From NCBI GenBank assembly GCA_028023455.1, contig JAQFVV010000004.1, positions 20,026,001 through 20,090,000 of the forward strand: a stretch of DNA of 64,000 nucleotides. The letters run 5' to 3'. A program made the position numbers and the translations under genes. The notes beneath the pieces were generated by a model, which did no database searches, had not been told where the DNA came from, and worked only from the letters and a program-made list of their open reading frames with translations. The stretch is from Epiperipatus broadwayi (taxonomy: Eukaryota; Animalia; Onychophora). Every line of letters starts with the position of its first letter. The stretch's first letter is position 1. Shown piece after piece: positions 26,801 to 38,423 of this stretch.

Positions 26801-29800
26801 TATTCTCCACTGATATTATAAACATTATCTCAAAATTACTCCAAAGAAAGTGCAACATTAATCGGCTTTATTGGCAAAAATATTTTAAATTAGATTTATG
26901 AGATATTTAAATTGTGATTTATTTAAAGCAACTATAATAAAATTACTGGATAGTACTATGTGTGTGTGTTTTTATGAATTTAACATGTTAAAATTCAGCT
27001 TTTAAAATTAGATGTTCTCTCTTAGCTTTATACTCTGTCTGAAAATAAATAATTAACTCATTTACTAATTGGCAGAAGAGAATCTGGCTAAGACATGGAT
27101 ATTTTTTAAGGTTGCAAACAGTCATAGAATTTTATTTTCCAGGTAATCAGCTCATAGCCAACTATTCAAAACTGATCGGTAAATGAGTATCTAACTATTC
27201 TTAATTAAAGAGCAAAACAAGTGGAAAAGCATTAAAATCAGAACCGTCTACCATTTGAACAAATTTGTCAATAATGCCATCTCCCATACTCTTCTTTTTT
27301 AAAATTGTTATTGGGAGGTATCTTTGCCCTGAAGTGGCTATTTGAAAGCTGTTTTACTTTTTTACCTACTAAATGTCAAATTATTTGGCTACAAGGTTCT
27401 TATTTATTCGAGAAAAAACTTCTCAGTTTCACACCAAGTATGAATATTTCTAAATTATGGCTGTGTATTTTGAGCTTTTTTTGACAACTATAATATTATT
27501 GGATAACAATGCATAATACATTTTCTTTTATTGGAAACATTTTTTTATTTATCTGTTTCTAAATAATTTTTATTTAAAATAATTTCTAGATAAGAATATT
27601 AACCATAGAATAGCTCAATGATAAAATAGCTGCGCAGAAATCATTCGAGCACTGGAAATATGTTGAGTCAAATACCATATCTGCACATACAACCTAAAGC
27701 ACTATCTAATAGTGATTCATACTAGTAGAGAAAAAAAAAACACCATTCCAATATATAGAAATGCTTATGCATGCATATACTTTGTTTTTGCATTTTTAAA
27801 AATGGAATTTAACAAGCGATTTTTTTTTGCAGAAAAAATCCACCATAAAGAGTTTTATTGATTCTTTTTTCCCCCCATCTCTGAAATCAATCTTTTGTCA
27901 TATGATATCTTTCTATTTTAAAAATAATGGTTTGAAGAAAGAGTGTTAAGTTAGATAATCTTTGTATTCTTTTTTTTACGTGATAAATATAAATGGCAAA
28001 TTTCAAGATCATGAAAAAAAGGTGAAGGGTGAGGGGGATGCTAAGTGTTAACGTTTGCTTGATTATTGACAGAAAGAAAGAGAAAAAAGATTTAATTATG
28101 TAAATAAAGTTTAAATAAATTAATGACGTGTTTTTCATTTTTTATGCATCAGCATCCTCATCAATAAAAATTACATTTCAGAAATTGCACACATACACAC
28201 AACATGTATTAAAGACTTAGTAGTATATGCATTGGGGTATCTATACCTAAAATTTGAAATCAGATGAAACTTAAAGCTTTAAACAAGCTTATAATTTTTT
28301 CCTCCAAGCAGTCTTCTTTAGTCAATTTTGTCATCCATTCGATTAATGGTTGAGAAATAGGTATCTAGCTATTCTTAACTAAAAAATAAAACAAGGAAAA
28401 TGGTAAGTGGGGAGTAATTATCCCTTCTTCCATCTTTCTTAATAGATTGATGATGCTAAAAGAGATTTTTAAATGAGAAAACTTTTAAAAGTGGTTTACA
28501 TTTTAATTTTTACATTTAAAAATGTAAATATTTAATCTTAAGAAAAATCTGGATCCCAAGATTCATGTATCTGGTCTAATTCTGTCATTGATGGTGCAAT
28601 GAACTTTTAGCTCCCAAGCAATAAATCATTCAATTATTTTTGATTTAATGTGCCCTATTAAATAACTATTAAAACAGGAGAAAATCACTTGCTGTCCATA
28701 TTTACATAATGAAATATGAAAATTTCTCATACTATTAATGTAAAACGTATATGAGATATCTAAGGAAATGATATTTCTTAGTGAACATATTTTGACATTT
28801 ATCCTATGGGTTTAAGCAACAGACAAAATGAGATGAAAAGATTGACATTTCTAAATAGATTTCAATTGAGGTTTAAAAAATCTCTAATAGTTATATACAG
28901 TCCATTACCGCACTGGCTTCATTTCTCATCCTTAGATATCAATATAATTAATATACTATAACTTTATGGTATTTAAATATCACATTATTTCCAAAAACAC
29001 TGATTGCTTAATTTATTTACTACCAATGTGGAAGAAGTAAGATTTTTTTTGGAATTTATCATAGCTTAGAACAAATCATTAAAATACAACATAGACTCAG
29101 ATATTCAGGATGACCGACTGACTCTTAACATATATATATATAAATTTTTATTAGTGTTTCTTTATATGATATTTTTAAATACTCTGCATCATTGATATTT
29201 TGCACAACATATGAATTGACTATCAAACCATTAGAAGTAAATAAAGATGCATGCATATTCAAAACAATGTAGACTACATTATAGTTATGAACTAGAATAC
29301 AAAGTAAATTCATATTAATTACAAATTGTTAGGTGGATGATAGATTAATAAGTTTTAAATTTAAAATAATTACTTTATTTAAAAATGACTTATTCCAATA
29401 ATATTAATAAGAAATGTGATTTTCATTTTTTAGAAGTTTCAATTACTCTTGCTAAGTTTAAACACTAAAAATGCTAATTTTGACTTTCAGGATTGTTATG
29501 TTACTGATGAATGGAATTTTTTTTAAAAGAATGTATTATGAATATAAATAAATCTATTGTGAGTTATCTAAAAAGAAAAAATCATAACTGGTTCTCTGAC
29601 AATGACCCTGTTATTAGTAACTTGATTAAAAGAAAACATGCACCCTAATAAAAAAATGAATGTAAAAACATCAAAGCCAATAAAGAGATTTAGTCAGAAG
29701 TTGAATAACTGATAAAAAAGCTTCAAAATGATTGGTGAATTAAAACTGCAAAATGGATACATATATCAACTGATCATCACCATTTTAGATTTTGTTCAGA

Positions 29801-29899
29801 TATCCTGAAAGTAACATATGAACCTGAAAAATGGTATTACAATTCTGTCAAATCCATTAATAGCACTTTCTTATATAATGGCAATGATTATTTTGATTA

Positions 29900-30560
29900 T
29901 CTTTTGAATAAAGATGCAAGAATTAATATAACAAAGTTCAATGATACCTATCATTCCTACTTATTTAGATTTGGAGAAAAATATCTCTTTTAGTAAAGTT
30001 AAGATATTCTTTGCAATTTTAAAATGGTAAAGTCATTCATCCTGATGAAATACCTGGAAAAGTTTTAAAATATAATAGTGATATGTTAGGGTCAAATCTA
30101 ATGTAATTTTTTTTAGACATATATGGACTCATGCAGCTATGCTGCCTAATTTTAGGGATACTTCTATTCTTTAATTTTTAAAAATTAAAAAAATATCAAA
30201 GACTGCAATGATTATTACAGGATACATCGAAGGTACCATTAAAGATTTTATTGAATAGGCTTGCTTCCAGTCATATGCATAATTACCAAAGATTCGGTGT
30301 AATCTTAGACTCTCCTCCTTCACTAATATAGGGAACAATACAGTGATTTTTATATTACTTTTATTGATTTAGTCAAAGGATTTGAATCATACTGTTTGAA
30401 ATTAATTGATTGTTTATCAATATTTCGAATGACAGAAAGTGTTTTTAAAACAATAAACAAAATCGAAAGAATTTGAAATTTAAACTGAGATTAAACAAGG
30501 ATGAGCAATAGTTTTATTCTGCCTTTTTGGGATTTTTATAGGTAGTTTAATAAAACAGAA
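29900..30560 (+). pseudogene. Highly decayed non-LTR retrotransposon RT fragment
   Basis: Fragments read GKVIHPDEIPGKVLK and EFEI*TEIKQG, resembling LINE RT motifs (GxDxIP; FxIxxGvxQG). Many stops. Confidence 0.35.
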
Positions 30561-32891
30561 ATCAAAATGCAATACAAGTTAGTGTGAAATCTTTAATTTC
30601 AATTAATTAAAAACAAGAAGTTCAACTTTTTGGCTTTTAGTTTACAATATTTCAATAATTACACTAATTTTGTCAATTCAAAAGATAATCTACAGAATGT
30701 GACTTAAGGTTTTGAGTACATGTAAAGACTTTAGTTTAATAGCTAATATTCAAAAACTTGAGTTTTTTTATCACCTGTGATGAAAAAAAATCTTCAGCAT
30801 ATTATTTAGATTGGATGGTTTTTAATTTGAGAATGAGAAAGTAGTTTTTTAAATAGAAATGTGGATGTAGATGTTGAGGTATAACACAGAGTCTAATATG
30901 CTGCATTAAACAAGTTAAAAGATAGGGAAATTCATCAGGATAATATAACTAATGAATTAAATTAGTTGTATGTATATTGTTGAGGTACAACATGATCTTT
31001 AATGCTTTGCTCTTTCTTTCAAAAAGTTAAAATATTTATTGAGATTATTTTCCCTAATTTATTATTTGAAAGTGAGAGGTTGGTCCCTATATTCAAGTAA
31101 CATAAAAATATTAAAAATTTCATTTAAATTTTTTTCTTAAACTTCTAAAAATAAAAAAAGATCATAAGATTAATCATTATATGCTATAAGGTCTACTGTT
31201 GCAAAATTATATCTTCATTAAATTGGATATGTGAACCAAATAAATAATTCACGACTTCATAAAAATATTTTATGGTAAACTATGCCATGGTTTTCTAGGA
31301 ATGGTGAAATTCTCTAAAAAAGAAAAATAATTCATTGCTTTCATTCAAAAATATAGTTAAAGAAAGAATACAATGGAGAGCTATAATTAGATATATTGTT
31401 GAAGTCTGTCAGAAAGAAAAGTTTGCTGCAAAAAGAAGTTAAAATAAATCATCACAATGTATTAAACAAACAGAATATTGAAAAGCATATACTAGACATG
31501 GATGTATTTATGTTTTGTGCATTGATTTGTATAATCACTGCAAAATTAATCTCTACTATTGTCTTTCTATTTTTTATTTATTTTTTGGAATTGAAAGAAC
31601 CATGCATATTTGTGAGTAAATGTTATTAATTTATTTAGTGTACGTTTTTTTTAATGCATATAAACTATTAATAAAATACTATGAACACAGAGAGATTCGG
31701 GACTAAAGTGAATAAAGTTCCTATAGTTAATGAACAACTACAATATTCAAAAGGGTAGATTGTTTTGAATTTCATGCTTTTAATTTGACACATAAAATGG
31801 AGTTAAAAGTGGTTGCAGAATGCATTCTTTCCAATTTTGAATCCTAAGTGTCTTATTGACAAAGACAAGAGTCAAAAACTAGTCTAAGAAGGGAAGCAAA
31901 AATATTAAGGATAGGGATTTTAAATGCATCTAGTAATCAATGATTATTTAAGCTGACTAATTGCTGTTATCAAAATTTAACTAATATAAAATATGAATTT
32001 TAAAACTTTTACAGGGCATAATCACTGAAAAATGAGATATAAATAAGGGCTATTAAGAAAGACAATACTAACAATTAATATCACTGATTTTCAAAAAATA
32101 CTCCAATGAACTCATAATTCATTTTGAAATATTAAGTCTTTAAAGACGACTCAGACCTGAATAAGAGCAGTAAGAGAATGAGATATATTATTTTAAAAAG
32201 AAAAACAAACAAAAAACAATAATCCCAAAGTAAAATCACTATTAAGAAAAGACAATGAATGCAGAAAAAAAGAAATATAAAGATAATTTTAAATGACCTA
32301 TTCTGAAAAGTTGATTAAGTCAATTTTTGTAAAGTAATATAGAAAAGATTTAAAGATATCATAAAAAATACAATAGGAAAGTGGCAAGAAAAACTATCAA
32401 AGAAAATAAAAATATCAATAAATAAAATGGTATTGGAAAAAAATTATTTCAATAATAATAAAAAAACAAACAATGAGTAAAATCAAGAATTACATCATTA
32501 AGTGAAGAGGAATTCTGTAAGAGCAAGATATCAAAGTTCATGCAATGACAACATCAATTGAAATGCCTCATATTCTAAATGAAGAAGTATGTCATGCAAT
32601 TCAACCCATAAACAATGAAAAAGATTCAAAAAATGATAGAACCATTTCAACTAAAGAATGAAAAAAATTGTGGCAAAGTTATATATAAAATACCACAAGC
32701 ATAAGATTAGAACAATTGACCAGAGAAATTACAGATCTTTAAGCCTTTTATTAATTTTATACAATATTTACTAAAATGTTTACATCTGAAAATCTGTTAA
32801 ATATTATATTATAATATTCACTATGAGTGAACAACCTATTAATTTTGTTGAAAATTTTATTTAGCTTATTTAAAAGTTAATATGTTGACAG

Positions 32892-33039
32892 AAATTCTTA
32901 TTAAACCACTAAACATCACATGATCACCATTTCTTATGCTAGCACATAACTATTATTAAAACAGGCAAAACTCTCCATACAGCAGTGCCATCCAGAGTAA
33001 TCAATGGATGCCAGAAGGCTTGTGCATAAAAATTCTTAT
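32892..33039 (-). mobile_element. Truncated copy of the HHR mini-element family with 10-bp TSD
   Basis: TSD aaattcttat at 32892-32901 and 33030-33039. Begins taaaccactaaacatcacatgatc; the body is the reverse complement of 6550-6652. Confidence 0.8.
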
Positions 33040-33154
33040 CTTAAGAAAAAATATATATGTAGTTATTATAGAAGCTTTATTATAAATGAATATTAGATAT
33101 CTCTATTATGAATAATTTTATCTTCATGTTGAATGGGGATCTAAAATATTAATA

Positions 33155-34529
33155 CTATATTTCCCCCAAAATAAGACCTGGTCCTATATTAATTTTTTGC
33201 TCAAAAAGACACTGTAGAGTTTATTTTCAGGGGATGTCTTATTTTTTCATGTACAACAATCTACATTTATTCAAGTACAAAAATGTACATTTATTCAAAT
33301 ACTTCTTCTATTTACAAAAAAAGCTGTAAGATTCTTACTCCAAGAGCCCTCACAATTTTTTTCTGGTACTTGCTAGAATAGCTCTTTCTTTTTGCATTTA
33401 TATTATTTGGTGATCAGAATATTATCCCATTTAAATTTACCATTAAATCAAGTGATAATTGAAGACTTTCAAGAAGGAATGAACAAAATTATTACAGTTA
33501 AGAATAGTTTTGTCCACACAAAAGCAACAAAAAAATTTAAGCATAAAAATTCAGAAAATGTTTCTGTACTTCACATACACACATTAAGTATGCCCATTAT
33601 ATAATATATTATGTATTGAATAATGATTCATATATTACACAACCACATCCATCCATTATCAACTGCTCACATTGTAAACATTTTCCAAATTATTCGTAAT
33701 AACCTTACTTGGGTATTCTTTTTTAAATTTTTTCTTTAGGAGAAAGATTGATGATTTAACTTAAGCTAAACTTTGATTATTAAAATCACTATTTTAATAA
33801 CATCTTTTAGAAGCAAAAAAAAACATATTTAAGAGATCAACGTAATTTTTCTTTTACCTTGAATATTTAAAAGCTAACATGATAAAACTCTAAAACAATC
33901 AAGAATTCTAAATCTAAACATCACATGATCATCTCTTATACTAGCACATAATTGTTATTAAACAAGGCAAAACTCTCCATACAGTAGCGCCATCCTGTGC
34001 CAACCAGAGTAATCAATAGATGCCAGAAGGGTTGTGCATAAAATCCCTATCTAGAATTTTATGCACAAGCCTTCTGGAATCCATTGATTACTCTGGTTGG
34101 CACAGGATGGCATTACTGTATGGAGAGTTTTACCTTATTTAATTCTAAATCTAAATATTAAATAAAATAAGTACCTAAAATATATATAAATAAATTGTCC
34201 AATATACTGACTTGTGATAAATTGTTTTTCTATACAGGTAGAATTATATTTGACAAAAATGGCCAATGGGAAAATACAAAAGAACCAAGTAATTTATATT
34301 ACCATTTATTTTAAAGCATTAATGCCAATAATACTGCTTATTTATACACTCATTACTTTATGATTCAATATGTTTATTGTGTGTTTCAATATGGGCAAAC
34401 AAAAGTCATCTATCTAGCTGACAATCTTAACTAGTGCTTATATTTGGGGTAGGGAATATATTACAAGCATCTTGAAAAATCATGCTAGGGCTTATTTTCT
34501 GGTTAGATCTTATTTTTAAGGAAACACAG
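33155..34529. mobile_element. Non-autonomous Tc1/mariner-superfamily (pogo/Tc2-like) DNA element
   Basis: ta|ctatatttcccccaaaataagacc at the left end and gatcttatttttaaggaaacacag|ca at the right end are decayed inverted termini with a TA-like target. Subterminal cttatttt repeats at both ends. Confidence 0.6.
33904..34155. mobile_element. Fold-back copy of the HHR mini-element family with 15-bp TSD
   Basis: TSD aattctaaatctaaa at 33904-33918 and 34141-34155. Begins catcacatgatc; ~90-bp inverted arms turn at tctaga (~34051). Confidence 0.9.
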
Positions 34530-36725
34530 CATTTATCTTGTTAAATACATTTTTTATTTATTTAAGTTCATTATAAACATATACCTATCTGTGTGAGTAT
34601 ATACAAATAGTCAAGCATTAACAAATGCATATAATTTAGAACAGAATTCAAAGAATTACACTAGAGATAATAAATTAGTTATATTGAAATAATGATAACA
34701 AAAGGACTGTGTGTAGATATTTATTTCACTTTATAATCATTTTAAACTTTGTTTTAAAATATATTTTGTTAAAATAAATAAATGAATAGTTGAATAATGA
34801 TATTGTTTAGTAGAAGAAGAGAAAAGGAAGGGAAATATATTATTTAAATATATATATATTTATTTGTTTATAATGTAAATTATATTATTAAAAGGAAATT
34901 ATTATTTTTATTTATTTTTAAAATTTTTATACAATTATTATTATGGACAATTTTTAGAATGATTGATTAGGCGGAGGACATATCAAACAGTTTTGTATTA
35001 TGACCTGAAAGATGTTGGATAGTTATAAAAGATACTTCCAATTTCTTGGAAATGACTTTTTTTTTTTTTTTCTTGCACATTTTTATCTCATATCATAATC
35101 AACAAACAGCCATGGAATAGTGAAATCCAAACTCTCCAAAATGTCATAAAATTTTACAAAAAGCATTTCCAGAAGAATATTGATAAACAAAAAAAATTAA
35201 AAATACTATAGTAATTAGAGCTGGTGTCTAATTATTTTAGGCTCTATGGAAGATTAGATATCCAATGTCCTACCCCTTTTTCAAGTGCCAACTTTGAGCT
35301 TTAAGCACAGATGTTTCTAAGAGCAATTGGTTATCTACTGTTGGTTTGGAAAACTCATGACCCTATTTTTTGGCTTTTTTAATCAGTAAAACTTAAGATT
35401 TAAAATGAAACTAATGCACTTTTGCAATATAAGAACCATTTTTAATTTATTTATACTATTCAAAGTAACTTTAGATCTCTTCTACCCTTTAGGAAGAAAA
35501 ATCAATATCAGCAAAATATCAATAATACTCTCAGTATATTCAAATGCTTTCAAAAATTATTCTTTCATTATTGGCCATCTACTGTAATTTTGAATAATGA
35601 ATGTATACCAAATTATAGTGATATATATCTCACATCCTTAGACTCAATTTTCAGTTTTTAGTTTCATCAATAAGGATTCATGATTTGTAATCCAAAGTTA
35701 TTTTTTTAAATTTCACAATTGTATTTATTAGAATAAAAGTAAAAAAAAAAGCCTATTTTTTATAAGACTATTTACAACTGACAAAATGTGGTATTTAATA
35801 ATTTAAAAAATTTATTGGGTTTATAAATTAATGAAACTATGGTATTTAAAATTTTTAAATGATAGTTTTTTATTTACAAAATCCAAGCTTTTAACAATTA
35901 TACTAAATATACATGAGGAATAGAAACTCTTATGAACAACAAGCCAACAAAAATATTTTCCAGAAGTAAACTTAATATATATAAGAAGAGAGTGTGTGAA
36001 TCTATGTGAATAATGGTATATATAAAAAAGATTATTTTACTTAATTTAAATTAGCTAAATAAGAACAATATGTGTTTTGATTAGAGACTTGTAATAATAA
36101 ATCAGACTTATCAAGAATAAACATTTAAATGACAAAAACTATGCTTTATTGCTTTTGAAAATCAAATCTTCTGATTTTAAATGTAATTTCCTGATCTCTA
36201 ATGCAACTTCTAAATATATGCAATCTTTGTTTTCTTAAAGAATGCTTAAAATAACATACTAATTATTTGTGCAAATTTATTATATAAATGTTAAATATGA
36301 ACAAATTTTAGAAATATAAAATTGCAATTATAATACAAAATGATACCAAGGTTGATTAATGCAATAATTATATGTACATATTCTTATAACTTTTTATTAA
36401 AATTTATAGGAAAATGAGAAAAAGTGGAGGGAGAGTGTTAAGTTTTAATGGTTTTTTTTTTTTTTTTAAAGTTTTTGTTTTTCTAACAATAATTGAAAGA
36501 CAAAAGTATCAAAAACAATTAAATCACAATTTTATTAATTAATTAATTGAGAGGATTATGTATTTTTAAAAAAATTGATAGTGGCAATAATTTTTTAGAT
36601 ACATATATAATTATTGCATTAATATGATCATATATATATAATGGATTTTATTGTCCACAATTATCTGGTGTTCGGTTAATCTGTGCCTAAAAACTATATT
36701 GATGGACAGTCAAATGTATATTTAC

Positions 36726-36846
36726 CATAAAGCATAAACTCCATGATTGTATACGCTGGTTCTCCTCTTGTACATACTCCTAGCAACCTCACTATGTTTG
36801 TGTGATCAAATCTTTTCATCATTTCAGCCTCACTGAGAAAGTCAAG
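36726..36846 (-). CDS. VKR: Receptor tyrosine kinase internal exon (121 nt), Venus kinase receptor-like
   Basis: ttcatag|CTTGAC...TTATG|gtaaat translates LDFLSEAEMMKRFDHTNIVRLLGVCTRGEPAYTIMEFMLY+G (kinase subdomains III-V) and joins exon 3244-3394 in frame. Not called by the ORF track. Confidence 0.9.
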
Positions 36847-37475
36847 CTATGAAATAAATTATTTAATATAAATAATAATGTATATATACAATAACACAAA
36901 CTATTAGTAAACTAAAATTCCTAATTTTGATAGTTTTGAATTTGTACATTTTTTGCACTTCATCAATAAATATTCTTCTAACTCAAAACCCAAACTGCTG
37001 AAAGTTTAAGTTAACCTTAATTTTACTATCAATATGTTTTCACACTTATATATATATATATTGTATATTGTGTTAATTTATTTTATTAATAACAATATAA
37101 CATTTTAAAATATAAAATATGCTTATATTTATATTAGTGCAAAATTTTTATACAAAAAAAATTAAAATAACCATAACAATATTTTGTAAATATTTCCAGA
37201 TAATATAAGTTTTTGGATTACAGATATTTGGGTTAATACTAATCTATCTATAATGTTAAAATGAAAATATTAAAAACAATTAATTTAAAAGATAAAAAAA
37301 GTCTTCTTATGGTCACATTCAAAATTATTAAAATCAAACAATTTATTTTCAAACTTTTGCAGGCCATACTTTTATTGCCTGATTATTTAGATTTGACATC
37401 AGTATGTCTTTGGGAATAGTAACTCCTTCTATTTATATTAATTAATCAATAAACACTAAATGGCATAAGAGTTAC

Positions 37476-37520
37476 ATCCAAATCCCCAGACTAATTTCTG
37501 GTTAATGGCTATTTTCAATT
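37476..37520 (-). ncRNA. Heavily decayed HHR of the 6491 family
   Basis: ...gaaa ttag t c tggggatttggatg matches the 3' half and downstream flank of the 6491 HHR; core and stem II are degenerate. Confidence 0.4.
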
Positions 37521-37679
37521 TGTAGCAGGGTTTAATTCATATTTCTAGCTGATGTATTCCAGGAGTATTCTTTCAATACCAGCCAAGTAGTGACAATAAC
37601 TTTATTAAAAGAGAAACCTAAGTTTAAACTTAACAGCATAAGTTTATTGACTTGCAGATATATAAATAAAAAAATAAAA

Positions 37680-38423
37680 TAAATAATGAAAATACACTAA
37701 TCTGGAAAGATTATAATTTTTTAGAAAAATTTATAGTTTAGCACTACTTTATTCATAGAACAAATATAAATTTATATAAATAGAATTTATAAATTGAATA
37801 ATTTAAATATACCATTACATGATAATGCAATACATAAGTCTTTCTTGTTTATTGTGTTGATGTTATTTGCAGTAAACCATGCCTCTTTATATACACATCG
37901 ATCATTTTACTCAGTGCAAACAATTTTAAATTGTGGTCAGACTCGATTTCATGTTCTAAAAATATGACTTAATATTGGGATCTGTTTTAGTGTGTTTGAA
38001 TATATATATTTGTGTTGCACTAATCTTCTAGCGCAGTTGGCACAAGACTTACGATAGTAAATTGCATTACGTGTTAGTTCATTGCATTTAATTTTATAAA
38101 CTATTTGGAGACTTCAATCTGGAAATAATTAGTTAGTGTTATTCATTGTTTGATTAAGATTATGATGGGTTCTAAAATTGATATTGAATTTATTTGAGCT
38201 GATTGTTTTCATTTTTATAGATACATGTGGTGCAAAAGAAGGGCTGATCCATGCATTAATATTGTTATTAATGTTCCTGATATTTAAAGATACATAGAAT
38301 TTTTTAATATTATATACTAAATTGACTAAGTCTTTTATATAGTTTTCAATGTTCTCTTTTCTGTCAGCTTTAAACTTGGATATTTTATAGTTTCTGCACA
38401 AAAAACATTTGAAGCCACATGTA
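37680..38423 (-). mobile_element. Penelope-like element family Z, minus arm, 3' part (RT thumb, GIY-YIG, HHR relic)
   Basis: ORF 38129..38401 (CRNYKISKFKADRK...), then VYKIKCN...IYY...RLVQHKY. Reverse complement of 43125-43915. Confidence 0.8.
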
